Assembly (NCBI GenBank): GCA_964016885.1
Contig: OZ024766.1
Span: forward strand, 12,028,001 to 12,092,000
Direction of reading: 5' to 3'
From: Eledone cirrhosa
Taxonomy: Eukaryota
Length of the DNA: 64,000 bases
The notes under the pieces were generated by a model that was not told the origin of the DNA, searched no databases, and was given only the letters and a program-made list of their open reading frames with translations. Both the position numbers and the translations under genes were made by a program. Shown here piece after piece: positions 40,225-56,042 of the stretch (positions are counted from its first letter, which is position 1; every line of letters starts with the position of its first letter).

Positions 40225-42452
40225 ATAATAATAATAATGAAATTATTGTGTAAAGTGCTCAGGTGCACTACAACTCGTCAATATAGTACATAGAATAATA
40301 CACAAATGTCAGGGAAGTACATGTGTGTATGTGTTAGCTGTAGTGTTGGCGGATCTCGGGAAACATGGAGGCCTTAAAGGATGCAGTGGCTCGACAGCTA
40401 ACAACTGATGCAGGTAGTTTGTTCCATGGAGGCCTTAAAGGATGCAGTGTCTCGACAGCTAACAACTGATGCAAGTAGTTTGTTCCATGGAGGCCTTAAA
40501 GGATGCAGTGTCTCGACAGCTAACAACTGATGCAGGTAGTTTGTTCCATGGAGGCCTTAAAGGATGCAGTGTCTCGACAGCTAACAACTGATGCAGGTAG
40601 TTTGTTCCACGGAGGCCTTAAAGGATGCAGTGTCTCGACAGCTAACAACTGATGCAGGCAGTTTGTTCCATGGAGGCCTTAAAGGATGCAGTGTCTCGAC
40701 AGCTAACAACTGATGCAGGTAGTTTGTTCCACGGAGGCCTTAAAGGATGCAGTGTCTCGACAGCTAACAACTGATGCAAGTAGTTTGTTCCATGGAGGCC
40801 TTAAAGGATGCAGTGTCTCGACAGCTAACAACTGATGCAGGTAGTTTGTTCCATGGAGGCCTTAAAGGATGCAGTGTCTCGACAGCTAACAACCGATGCA
40901 GGTAGTTTGTTCCATGGAGGCCTTAAAGGATGCAGTGTCTCGACAGCTAACAACTGATGCAGGCAGTTTGTTCCATGGAGGCCTTAAAGGATGCAGTGTC
41001 TCGACAGCTAACAACTGATGCAGGTAGTTTGTTCCATGGAGGCCTTAAAGGATGCAGTGTCTCGACAGCTAACAACTGATGCAGGTAGTTTGTTCCATGG
41101 AGGCCTTAAAGGATGCAGTGTCTCGACAGCTAACAACTGTTGCAGGTAGTTTGTTCCATGGAGGCCTTAAAGGATGCAGTGTCTCGACAGCTAACAACTG
41201 ATGCAGGGAGTTTGTTCCATGGAGGCCTTAAAGGATGCAGTGTCTCGACAGCTAACAACTGTTGCAGGTAGTTTGTTCCATGGAGGTTTTAAAGGATGCA
41301 GTGTCTCGACAGCTAACAACTGATGCAGGTAGTTTGTTCCATGGAGGCCTTAAAGGATGCAGTGTCTCGACAGCTAACAACTGATGCAGGTAGTTTGTTC
41401 CATGGAGGCCTTAAAGGATGCAGTGTCTCGACAGCTAACAACCGATGCAGGTAGTTTGTTCCATGGAGGCCTTAAAGGATGCAGTGTCTCGACAGCTAAC
41501 AACCGATGCAGGTAGTTTGTTCCATGGAGGCCTTAAAGGATGCAGTGTCTCGACAGCTAACAACTGATGCAGGTAGTTTGTTCCATGGAGGCCTTAAAGG
41601 ATGCAGTGTCTCGACAGCTAACAACTGATGCAGGTAGTTTGTTCCATGGAGGCCTTAAAGGATGCAGTGTCTCGACAGCTAACAACCGATGCAGGTAGTT
41701 TGTTCCATGGAGGCCTTAAAGGATGCAGTGTCTCGACAGCTAACAACTGTTGCAGGTAGTTTGTTCCATGGAGGTTTTAAAGGATGCAGTGTCTCGACAG
41801 CTAACAACTGATGCAGGTAGTTTGTTCCATGGAGGTTTTAAAGGATGCAGTGTCTCGACAGCTAACAACTGATGCAGGTAGTTTGTTCCATGGAGGTTTT
41901 AAAGGATGCAGTGTCTCAACAGCTAACAACTGATGCAGGTAGTTTGTTCCATGGAGGCCTTAAAGGATGCAGTGTCTCGACAGCTAACAACCGATGCAGG
42001 TAGTTTGTTCCATGGAGGTTTTAAAGGATGCAGTGTCTCGACAGCTAACAACTGATGCAGGTTGTTTGTTCCATGGAGGTTTTAAAGGATGCAGTGTCTC
42101 GACAGCTAACAACTGATGCAGGTAGTTTGTTCCATGGAGGTTTTAAAGGATGCAGTGTCTCGACAGCTAACAACTGATGCAGGTAGTTTGTTCCATGGAG
42201 GTTTTAAAGGATGCAGTGTCTCGACAGCTAACAACTGATGCAGGTAGTTTGTTCCATGGAGGTTTTAAAGGATGCAGTGTCTCGACAGCTAACAACTGAT
42301 GCAGGTTGTTTGTTCCATGCTTCAGCAACTCTGAGCGTGAAAAAATGTTTCCGAAAGTCATGGGAACTGTGCTGTTTTCTTACTTTGTGGGCATGTCCAC
42401 GTGTGTTAGACACATGGAGATCGAAAAGGCACTCAGGGTTGTTGTTGGCAAC
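40225..42452 (-). mobile_element. CR1-type LINE 3' fragment containing a 61-bp tandem array
   Basis: Minus-strand peptide TRGHAHKVRKQHSSHDFRKHFFTLRVAEAWNK..VVSCRDTASFK, typical of CR1/L2 ORF2 C-termini; (ATT)n tail; a tail copy also lies at 55350-55389. Confidence 0.85.
40364..42315. repeat. 61-bp minisatellite, 32 units
   Basis: CATGGAGGCCTTAAAGGATGCAGTGTCTCGACAGCTAACAACTGATGCAGGTAGTTTGTTC; 1952 bp / 61 = 32. Confidence 0.97.
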
Positions 42453-42683
42453 ATATATATATATATAAAGTATGGCAAGACACTGGGATGTTATATCCAT
42501 AGTAACTCGAGCTCTCAGTCTACAGGATTAGTTTGGTATAGAGTTAGTTCCACAAGAAATTAGTAGACCATCGTTGAGGATGGTTGTTTCACCCAAAAGA
42601 TTCTCAACTCAAGTTGAGAATCTTTTGGGTTAAATGCATGACCTTGAGGATGGCTCGTTAACTAAATTTTTATATATATATAC

Positions 42684-42718
<35 letters not shown>

Positions 42719-42753
42719 CATACATATATATATATATACATATATATATATAC

Positions 42754-42785
<32 letters not shown>

Positions 42786-42827
42786 ATATATATGTGTATA
42801 TATATATATATATATGTGTGTGTGTAT

Positions 42828-42865
<38 letters not shown>

Positions 42866-42937
42866 GTACATACATATATACATATATGTATATATACATA
42901 TATATGTACATACACATATATACATATGTATAAATAT

Positions 42938-42978
<41 letters not shown>

Positions 42979-42979
42979 C

Positions 42980-43054
<75 letters not shown>

Positions 43055-43133
43055 TATATATATATATATACACACACATATATATATATATATACACACA
43101 CATATATATATATATATACACACATATATATAT

Positions 43134-43164
<31 letters not shown>

Positions 43165-43295
43165 CATATACACACACACATATATATATATATATACACA
43201 CATATATATATATACACACACACATATATATATATATACACACATATATATATATAGACACACACACACACATATATATATATACACACACACAC

Positions 43296-43385
<90 letters not shown>

Positions 43386-43660
43386 ATATATACATATATA
43401 CATATATATGTAAACAGGAAGAAGGAAAAGGATGAGGATGGTGATGACGATGTCCATGAGGTGGAGGTGGGACATCACCACCACCACCACCACCACCACC
43501 ACCACCAACACCAACAACAACAACAACAACTGATGACTTTACATCATATGCTGCAATGGTTACCAAACTAGGGCAATTGAGTAATTAGTTTATATATATA
43601 TATATATATGTATTTATATATATATGTATATATACATATATTTATATATATATATATTTA

Positions 43661-43709
<49 letters not shown>

Positions 43710-43927
43710 TTAGATGTATGTATATGTATATATATATATATATCAATATATATATATATATACATATAAATATATATATATATATACCCATATATATTAC
43801 ATCTAAATGTATATATATATACATATGTACATATCAATAGACATATATATACATGTAAATGTATATATATATATATATAGATAGATATACACACATATAT
43901 ATATGCATATGCATGTGTATATATGCT

Positions 43928-43968
<41 letters not shown>

Positions 43969-44029
43969 ATATGTACATGTATGTATATGTATATGTATGT
44001 ATATCTCTCTCTCTATATATATATATATG

Positions 44030-44061
<32 letters not shown>

Positions 44062-44067
44062 CATACA

Positions 44068-44125
<58 letters not shown>

Positions 44126-44153
44126 CATGTTTTTTAATCTCTTCTTTATCACT

Positions 44154-44188
<35 letters not shown>

Positions 44189-44325
44189 TATTAATACTAT
44201 TTTAAATACTATTGTTATCATATGCCTGGCTGACATCATCAGCAAACGCTACCTCGTCCTCACCAACCCCCCTCTGCCTTCACTTCATGCACAGAAGCAC
44301 TGACAGAAACAGAAAGAGAGATAGA

Positions 44326-44400
44326 GAGAGGACTTTGGGCCCATCCATTGTGATTTCATTTCTATAAAAGCTCCCCATATACAGAAGCCCAGCAGTCTCT
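44326..44400 (+). promoter_or_regulatory. Core promoter of the LLTP gene: TATA box (TATAAAAG 44363-44370), Inr-like CAGT about 31 nt downstream, DR1/HNF4-like site upstream
   Basis: TATA 85 nt before the ATG; minus-strand GGCCCA-A-AGTCCT at about 44329-44341. Confidence 0.65.
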
Positions 44401-44447
44401 GACTCCTTGTACTGTAGTTGATTAATCTCCTGCAGAAGTACTCAAGG

Positions 44448-44505
44448 ATGATGCAGTATATTACTTTCGTTTTTTTGGCTACCCTCGTCTCTCTTGGACA
44501 TTCCG
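44448..44505 (+). CDS. LLTP (apolipophorin/apoB/vitellogenin-like) exon 1: signal peptide MMQYITFVFLATLVSLGHS
   Basis: ATG after TATA, hydrophobic core, consensus donor G|GTAAGT, phase 1 compatible with the next exon. Confidence 0.78.
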
Positions 44506-44844
44506 GTAAGTACATTGCCATCACCATCATCGCTATAAACACACACACGCGCAATATATATATATCATCGTCATCATCATCATCATCATTTTACCATCAG
44601 GACTTCCCTGTTTTTTTGGCTACCCTCGTCTCTCTTGGACATTCCGGTAAGTACATTGCCATCACCATCATCACTATAAACACACACACATGCGCAATAT
44701 ATATATATATATATATATCAGCGTCATCATCATCATCATTTTACCATCAGGACTTCCCTGAGCGTTTCTTATAAATGAAACAGTACTACTCCTGTAGAAG
44801 TCATTTCTATATCATCATCATCATCATCATCATCATTATCATCA

Positions 44845-45185
44845 TACATCCGCTTTTCCCTGCTTGCAAGGGTGGGACGGGGAACTGATTCTGGCTTGAT
44901 TTCTACAGCTGGATGCCCTTCTACAGCTGGATGCCCTTCCTAACACCAACCTCATTTACAGTGAGTGCTGGGTGCTTTTTTTTCCGTGGCGCCTCCACAA
45001 CCACTTTGCAGTGGAATGATAGGGACCCCAGTCCCTATCATCTCATTTCTACAGCTGAGTAAACTGGAGCAATGTGAAATAAAGTGTCTTGCTCAAGGAA
45101 ACAACACGTCACCCGGTCTGAGAATTGAACTCACAACATTTCGATTGCAAGGCCAATGATCTAACCACTAAGTCATATGCCTCCA
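44845..45185 (-). mobile_element. tRNA-derived SINE copy in intron 1
   Basis: Same family as 36970-37317; small internal duplication of CTACAGCTGGATGCCCTT. Confidence 0.88.
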
Positions 45186-45509
45186 TTATATATATATATA
45201 TAGGAAATCATCAGGAAAGATTGGGGCTTTCCTGATGATTTACTTCGAATGAAACATTTCTAGTCCTGTAGAACCCATTTCTATATTAAATATTTATACT
45301 CTGCTATGTATTGAGTACTTTACCTACTGTGATTACCCAGGATACACATATCAGTATATATATGTATTTATATAAATATTTTATATACATTATAAAACTC
45401 CTTTTTGTTTGAAAAAATTGTTCCTCTCATTTTTTTCAATAATATCTCTTTGACGGTGCACAGAAGAAAAAAAGAAAAAAAAAGAAAAACAGATCCTTTA
45501 ACCCTTTAG

Positions 45510-48500
45510 CATTTACATTACTCTATATATATACATAAATTTACATTGCTCTATATATACATAAATTTACATTACTCTCTATATACATAAATTTACATTA
45601 CTCTCTATATATACATAAATTTACATTACTCTCTATATACATAAATTTACATTACTATATATATATACATAAATTTACATTACTCTCTATATATACATAA
45701 ATTTACATTACTCTCTATATATACATAAATTTACATTACTCTCTATATATACATAAATTTACATTACTCTCTATATACATAAATTTACATTACTATATAT
45801 ATATACATAAATTTATATTACTCTATATATACATAAATTTACATTACTCTATATATATACATAAATTTACATTACTCTATATATACATAAATTTACATTA
45901 CTCTATATATACATAAATTTACATTACTCTATATATACGTAAATTTACATTACTCTATATATATACATAAATTTACATTACTCTCTATATACATAAATTT
46001 AAATTACTCTAAATATACATAAATTTACATTACTCTCTATATACATACATTTACATTACTCTATATATACATAAATTTACATTACTCTATATATACATAA
46101 ATTTACATTACTCTATATATACATAAATTTACATTACTCTATATATACATAAATTTACATTACTCTATATATACATAAATTTACATTACTCTCTATATAC
46201 ATAAATTTACATTACTATATATATATACATAAATTTATATTACTCTATATATACATAAATTTACATTACTCTATATATATACATAAATTTACATTATTCT
46301 ATATATACATAAATTTACATTACTCGATATATACATAAATTTACATTACTCTATATATACATAAATTTACATTACTCTATATATACATAAATTTACATTA
46401 CTCTAAATATATACATAAATTTACATTACTCTATATATATACATAAATTTACATTACTCTATATATACATAAATTTACATTGCTCTATATATACATAAAT
46501 TTACATTACTCTATATATACATAAATTTACATTACTCTATATATACATAAATTTACATTACTCTATATATACATAAATTTACATTACTCTATATATACAT
46601 AAATTTACATTACTCTCTATATACATAAATTTACATTACTATATATATGCATAAATTTACATTGCTCTATATATATATAAATTTACATTACTCTATATAT
46701 ACATAAATTTACATTACTCTATATATATATATACATAAATTTACATTGCTCTATATATACATAAATTTACATTACTCTATATATATACATAAATTTACAT
46801 TACTCTATATATATACATAAATTTACATTACTCGATATATATACATAAATTTACATTACTCTCTATATACATAAATTTACATTACTGTATATATACATAA
46901 ATTTACATTACTCTATATATACATAAATTTACATTACTCTATATATACATAAATTTACATTGCTCTATATATACATAAATTTACATTATTCTATATATAC
47001 ATAAATTTACATTACTCTATATATACATAAATTTACATTACTCGATATATACATAAATTTACATTACTCTATATAAACATAAATTTACATTACTCTATAT
47101 ATACATAAATTTACATTACTCTATATATATACATAAATTTACATTACTCTATATATACATAAATTTACATTACTCTATATATACATAAATTTACATTACT
47201 CTATATATACATACATTACTCTATATATACATAAATTTACATTACTCTATATATACATACATTTACATTACTCTATATATACATAAATTTACATTACTCT
47301 ATATATACATAAATTTACATTACTCTATATATATACATAAATTTACATTACTCTATATATATACATAAATTTACATTACTCTCTATATACATAAATTTAC
47401 ATTACTCTATATATACATAAATTTACATTACTCTATATATACATAAATTTACATTACTCTATATATATACATAAATTTACATTACTCTATATATATACAT
47501 AAATTTACATTACTCTCTATACACATAAATTTACATTACTCTATATATACATAAATTTACATTACTCTATATATACATAAATTTAAATTACTCTATATAT
47601 AAATAAATTTACATTACTCTCTCTATATACATAAATTTACATTACTCTATAAATACATACATTTACATTACTCTATATATACATAAATTTACATTACTCT
47701 ATATATACATAAATTTACATTACTCTATATATATACATAAATTTACATTACTCTATATATATACATAAATTTACATTACTCTATATATGCATACATTTAC
47801 ATTACTCTATATATATACATAAATTTACATTACTCTATATATATACATAAATTTACATTACTCTATATATACATAAATTTACATTACTCTATATATATAC
47901 ATAAATTTACATTACTCTATATATATATACATAAATTTACATTACTCTATATATACATAAATTTACATTGCTCTATATATACATAAATTTACATTACTCT
48001 ATATATACATAAATTTACATTACTCTATATATATACATAAATTTACATTACTCTATATATACATAAATTTACATTGCTCTATATATACATACATTTACAT
48101 TACTCTATATACACATAAATTTACATTACTCTATATATACATAAATTTACATTACTCTATATATATACATAAATTTACATTACTCTATATATATACATAA
48201 ATTTACATTACTCTCTATATACATAAATTTACATTACTCTATATATACATAAATTTACATTACTCTATATATACATAAATTTACATTACTCTCTATATAC
48301 ATAAATTTACATTACTCTATATATACATAAATTTACATTACTCTATATATACATAAATTTACATTACTCTATATATATACATAAATTTACATTACTCTAT
48401 ATATATACATAAATTTACATTACTCTCTATACACATAAATTTACATTACTCTATATATACATAAATTTACATTACTCTATATATACATAAATTTAAATTA

Positions 48501-51500
48501 CTCTATATATAAATAAATTTACATTACTCTCTCTATATACATAAATTTACATTACTCTATATATACATACATTTACATTACTCTATATATACATAAATTT
48601 ACATTACTCTATATATACATAAATTTACATTACTCTATATATATACATAAATTTACATTACTCTATATATATACATAAATTTACATTACTCTATATATGC
48701 ATACATTTACATTACTCTATATATATACATAAATTTACATTACTCTATATATATACATAAATTTACATTACTCTATATATACATACATTTACATTACTCG
48801 ATATATACATAAATTTACATTACTCTATATATATACATACATTTACATTACTCTATATATACATAAATTTACATTGCTCTATATATACATACATTTACAT
48901 TACTCTATATACACATAAATTTACATTACTCTATATATACATAAATTTACATTACTCTATATATATACATAAATTTACATTACTCTATATATATACATAA
49001 ATTTACATTACTCTCTATATACATAAATTTACATTACTCTATATATACATAAATTTACATTACTCTATATATACATAAATTTACATTACTCTATATATAT
49101 ACATAAATTTACATTACTCTATATATATACATAAATTTACATTACTCTCTATACACATAAATTTACATTACTCTATATATACATAAATTTACATTACTCT
49201 ATATATACATAAATTTAAATTACTCTATATATAAATAAATTTACATTACTCTCTCTATATACATAAATTTACATTACTCTATATATACATACATTTACAT
49301 TACTCTATATATACATAAATTTACATTACTCTATATATACATAAATTTACATTACTCTATATATATACATAAATTTACATTACTCTATATATATACATAA
49401 ATTTACATTACTCTATATATGCATACATTTACATTACTCTATATATATACATAAATTTACATTACTCTATATATATACATAAATTTACATTACTCTATAT
49501 ATACATACATTTACATTACTCGATATATACATAAATTTACATTACTCTATATATATACATACATTTACATTACTCTATATATACATAAATTTACATTGCT
49601 CTATATATACATACATTTACATTACTCTATATACACATACATTTACATTACTCTATATATACATAAATTTACATTACTCTATATATATACATAAATTTAC
49701 ATTACTCTATATATATACATAAATTTACATTACTCTCTATATACATAAATTTACATTACTCTATATATACATAAATTTACATTACTCTATATATACATAA
49801 ATTTACATTACTCTCTATATACATAAATTTACATTACTCTATATATACATAAATTTACATTACTCTATATATACATAAATTTACATTACTCTATATATAT
49901 ACATAAATTTACATTACTCTATATATATACATAAATTTACATTACTCTCTATACACATAAATTTACATTACTCTATATATACATAAATTTACATTACTCT
50001 ATATATACATAAATTTAAATTACTCTATATATAAATAAATTTACATTACTCTCTCTATATACATAAATTTACATTACTCTATATATACATACATTTACAT
50101 TACTCTATATATACATAAATTTACATTACTCTATATATACATAAATTTACATTACTCTATATATATACATAAATTTACATTACTCTATATATATACATAA
50201 ATTTACATTACTCTATATATGCATACATTTACATTACTCTATATATATACATAAATTTACATTACTCTATATATATACATAAATTTACATTACTCTATAT
50301 ATACATAAATTTACATTACTCTATATATATACATAAATTTACATTACTCTATATATATACATAAATTTACATTACTCTATATATACATAAATTTACATTG
50401 CTCTATATATACATAAATTTACATTACTCTATATATACATACATTTACATTACTCGATATATACATAAATTTACATTACTCTATATATATACATAAATTT
50501 ACATTACTCTATATATACATAAATTTACATTGCTCTATATATACATACATTTACATTACTCTATATACACATAAATTTACATTACTCTATATATACATAA
50601 ATTTACATTACTCTATATATATACATAAATTTACATTACTCTATATATATACATAAATTTACATTACTCTATATATATACATAAATTTACATTACTCTAT
50701 ATATGCATACATTTACATTACTCTATATATATACATAAATTTACATTACTCTATATATATATACATAAATTTACATTACTCTATATATACATAAATTTAT
50801 ATTACTCTATATATACATAAATTTACATTACTCTATATATACATAAATTTACATTGCTCTATATATACATAAATTTACATTGCTCTATATATACATAAAT
50901 TTACATTACTCGATATATACATAAATTTACATTACTCTATATATACATAAATTTACATTACTCTATATATACATAAATTTACATTACTCTATATATACAT
51001 AAATTTACATTACTCTATATATACATAAATTTACATTACTCTATATATACATAAATTTACATTACTCTCTATATACATACATTACTCTATATATACATAA
51101 ATTTACATTACTCTCTATATATATAAATTTACATTACTCTATATATATATACATACATTACTCTATATATACATAAATTTACATTACTCTCTATATATAC
51201 ATACATTACTCTATATATACATACATTTACATTCCTCTATATATATATAAATTTACATTACTCTATATATACATACATTTACATTACTCTATATATATAT
51301 AAATTTACATTACTCTATATATATATACATAAATTTACATTACTCTATATATATACATAAATTTACATTACTCTCTATATACATACATTACTCTATATAT
51401 ATACATAAATTTACATTACTCTATATATACATACATTACTCTATATATATACATAAATTTACATTACTCTATATATATACATAAATTTACATTACTCTAT

Positions 51501-52999
51501 ATATACATACATTACTCTATATATATATATAAATTTACATTACTCTCTATATATACATAAATTTACATTACTCTATATATATACATACATTACTCTCTAT
51601 ATATACATAAATTTACATTACTCTATATATACATACATTTACATTACTCGATATATACATAAATTTACATTACTCTATATATACATAAATTTACATTACT
51701 CTCTATATATACATAAATTTACATTACTCTATATATACATACATTACTCTCTATATATACATAAATTTACATTACTCTATATATATACATACATTACTCT
51801 CTATATATACATAAATTTACATTACTCTATATATATACATACATTACTCTCTATATATACATAAATTTACATTACTCTATATATATACATACATTACTCT
51901 CTATATATACATAAATTTACATTACTCTATATATATATACATACATTACTCTCTATATATATATAAATTTACATTACTCTATATATATACATACATTACT
52001 CTATATATACATACATTTACATTACTCTATATATATATAAATTTACATTACTCTATATATATACATAAATTTACATTACTCTATATATATACATACATTA
52101 CTCTCTATATATACATAAATTTACATTACTCTATATATATACATACATTACTCTATATATATACATAAATTTACATTACTCTATATATATACATACATTA
52201 CTCTCTATATATACATAAATTTACATTACTCTCTATATATACATACATTACTCTATATATACATACATTTACATTACTCTATATATATATAAATTTACAT
52301 TACTCTATATATACATAAATTTACATTACTCTCTATATATACATAAATTTACATTACTCTATATATACATAAATTTACATTACTCTCTATATACATACAT
52401 TACTCTATATATACATAAATTTACATTACTCTATATATACATAAATTTACATTACTCTATATATACATAAATTTACATTACTCTCTATATATACATAAAT
52501 TTACATTACTCTCTATATACATACATTCCTCTATATATACATAAATTTACATTACTCTCTATATATATAAATTTACATTACTCTATATATACATACATTA
52601 CTCTATATATACATAAATTTACATTACTCTCTATATATACATACATTACTCTATATATACATACATTTACATTACTCTATATATACATAAATTTACATTA
52701 CTCTATATATATACATAAATTTACATTACTCTCTATATACATAAATTTACATTACTCTCTATATACATACATTTACATTACTCTCTATATACATACATTA
52801 CTCTATATATATACATAAATTTACATTACTCTATATATACATTACTCTCTATATATACATAAATTTACATTACTCTATATATATACATACATTACTCTAT
52901 ATATACATACATTTACATTACTCTATATATACATACATTTACATTACTCTATATATATACATACATTACTCTCTATATATACATAAATTTACATTACTC
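45510..52999. repeat. About 26-bp AT-rich minisatellite (ATTTACATTACTCTATATATACATAA)n, 7.5 kb, in intron 1
   Basis: Clear 26/28-bp units; array begins right after TTAACCCTTTAGC. Confidence 0.97.
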
Positions 53000-53317
53000 A
53001 ATAAGTACATAAATGTTAAAATATTTAAATATCCATGTTAGAGAAGAAACAGAAGAGAGAGGGAAAGAAAAGAAAGATGATAGCTGCAACTTGATTTCAA
53101 GTAATGTTATTGCTTGTTACTTAAGGATTAGCATCACGGGCGTAGCTTTTTAGTCCTGCTAGGGGCTTGCCTGTAGCCAGCAATACCATGCATCACAGAA
53201 AATGTCACATATCAATCCCACTCTCTGAACATCAAATGGATTTACCCACAAGGAAGAACTGTTCTACATTATTAGATGCAAATGAAGTCGCAGATTTTAT
53301 ATCAGATTGACATAAGT

Positions 53318-54255
53318 GGAGGCACATGGCTTAGTGGTTAAAGCATTGGCCTTGCAATCGAAAGGTTGTGAGTTCAATTCTCAGACCGGGTGATGTGTTG
53401 TTTCCTTGAGCAAGACACTTTATTTCACATTTCTCCAGTTTACTCAGCTGTAGAAATGAGATGATAGGGACTGGGGTCCATATCATTCCACTGCAAAGTG
53501 GTCGTGGAGGTCCCACGGCAAAAAAGCACCCAGCACTCACTGTCAATGAGGTTGGTGTTAAGAAGGGCATCCAGCTGTAGAAATCAAGCCAGAATCAGTT
53601 CCCGTCCCACCCTTGCAAGCAGGGAAAAAGCGGACGTAAAATGAAATAATGATGAAATGGAGTCGCAGATTTTATATCAGGTTGACATAAGTGGAGGCAC
53701 ATGGCTTAGTGGTTAGAGCATTGGTCTTGCAATCGAAAGGTTGTGAGTTCAATTCTCAGACCGGGTGATGTGTTGTTTCCTTGAGCAAGACACTTTATTT
53801 CACATTGCTCCAGTTTACTCAGCTGTAGAAATGAGATGATAGGGACTGGGGTCCCTATCATTCCACTCTCTCTCATTTCATCATCATTTCATTTTACGTC
53901 CACTTTTCCCTGCTTGCAAGGGTGGGACGGGAACTGATTCTGGCCTGATTTCTACAGCTGGATGCCCCTCCTTGCTGTGGCACCTCCGTCCTGGAGGTGC
54001 CACGGCAAAAAAGCACTTTATTTCACATTGCTCCAGTTTACTCAGCTGTAGAAATGAGATGATAGTGACTGGGGTCCCTATCATTCCACTGCAAAGTGGT
54101 CGTGGAGGTCCCACGGCAAAAAAGCACCCAGCACTCACTGTAAATGAGGTTGGTGTTAGGAAGGGCATCCAGCTGTAGAAATCAAGCCAGAATCAGTTCC
54201 TGTCCCACCCTTGCAAGCAGGGTAAAGTGGACGTAAAATGAAATGAAAATGAAAT
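53318..54255 (+). mobile_element. Rearranged SINE cluster: full copy 53318-53655, tandem 5' copy 53693-53866, inverted 3' piece about 53880-53990, plus-strand 3' piece 54013-54255
   Basis: Direct sequence match to the SINE family; the upstream flank is duplicated with the tandem copy. Confidence 0.85.
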
Positions 54256-54300
54256 GAGTGAATATATATATTTGTATATATATATATATATATATATTTG

Positions 54301-54331
<31 letters not shown>

Positions 54332-54610
54332 TTGTATATATATATATATTTGTATATATATATATATTTGTATATATATATATATATATTTGTATATATA
54401 TATATATATTTGTAGATATATATATATTTGTATATATATATATATATATTTGTAGATATATATATATTTGTATATATATATATATATTTGTAGATATATA
54501 TATATTTGTATATATATATATATATTTGTAGATATATATATATTTGTATATATATATATTTGTAGATATATATATATATATATATTTATATATATGTATA
54601 TATATATTTG

Positions 54611-54689
<79 letters not shown>

Positions 54690-54706
54690 GTATATATATA
54701 TATATT

Positions 54707-54747
<41 letters not shown>

Positions 54748-54764
54748 GTATATATATATATATT

Positions 54765-54814
<50 letters not shown>

Positions 54815-54818
54815 TATA

Positions 54819-54867
<49 letters not shown>

Positions 54868-54880
54868 ATATATATATATT

Positions 54881-54926
<46 letters not shown>

Positions 54927-54950
54927 GTATGTATAATTTCTATTTTACAG

Positions 54951-55004
54951 GTCCAATCCAGCTGAAAGGCCAAGACCGGACATCATGTGCCAAAACATGC
55001 ATAG
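54951..55004 (+). CDS. LLTP exon 2 ([18 protein letters not shown])
   Basis: Acceptor TTTCTATTTTACAG, donor G|GTAATG, 54 nt, phase 1-1; unique sequence within (TA)n. Confidence 0.75.
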
Positions 55005-55409
55005 GTAATGTAATATATATTGTACAGGGTATATATAACAGGATGTATATAATATATATAATAGCTTATGTGCCTGTCTCTCCCTCTCTCTCTGCCTCTC
55101 CCTCTCTCTGTGTATATGTATCACTATGTGTGAGTATATATGTATATATACCCTCCCTCCCTCTCTCTCTATCTATCTATCTACAAACACACACCAACAC
55201 CATGTATATATATATATATATGTATATATACCCTCCTATCTATCTATCTCTCTACAAACACACACCAACACCATGTATGTATATATATATATATATATAT
55301 GTATATGTATATATATATATTATTATATGTACTATACATACACCTTTGATGAGTTGTAGTGCACCTGAGCACTGTACATAATAATTTCAATTGCCAGTAT
55401 CAGTCGAGG

Positions 55410-55570
55410 GTCGGACACCTTGCTTTGAAGCATAGAGTTACGGCCCTTGCCATTCTGAGTTCAAATCCCGCCGAGGTTGACTGTGCCTTTCATTCTTACG
55501 GGGTCGATAAAATAAAGTACCAGTAATACACTGGGTATTTGCTGGCCTTGTGCCTAACGAAGAAACAATT
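55410..55570 (+). mobile_element. Second SINE family fragment with B-box GAGTTCAAATCCC
   Basis: B box plus a block shared with 36330-36427. Confidence 0.6.
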
Positions 55571-56042
55571 ATATACTTTATATACATTCTATACTTTATA
55601 TACATTATATCATTATATACTTTATATACATTATATACTTTATATACATTATATACTTTATATACATTATATACTTTATATACATTATATATTTTATATA
55701 TACTTTATATACATTATATATTTTATATACAATTATATACATTATATACTTTATATACTTTATATACATTTTATACTTTATATACATTATATACTTTATA
55801 TACATTTTATACTTTATATAGATTATATACTTTATATACATTATATACTTTATATACATTATATACATTATATACCTTATATACTTTATATATTTTATAA
55901 AACTCTTTTTTAAAAGAATTGTCCCTTTTTTAAAAGAATTGTCCCCTTTTTAAAAGAATTGTCCCTTTTTTTAAAGAATTGTCCCTTTTTAAAAAGAATT
56001 GTCCCTTTTTTAAAAGAATTGTCCCTTTTTTAAAAGAATTAT
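55570..56042. repeat. 18-bp (TATACATTATATACTTTA)n array followed by a 20-bp (TTTTTAAAAGAATTGTCCCT)n array
   Basis: Visible periodicities. Confidence 0.9.

Noticed and set aside
45205-45270. CTGATGA...GAAAC motif in a short inverted repeat in intron 1
   Set aside because: Stems I and II do not pair adequately for a hammerhead call
53318-53390. tRNA gene
   Set aside because: A/B boxes are present but continue into a multi-copy SINE body with no complete cloverleaf
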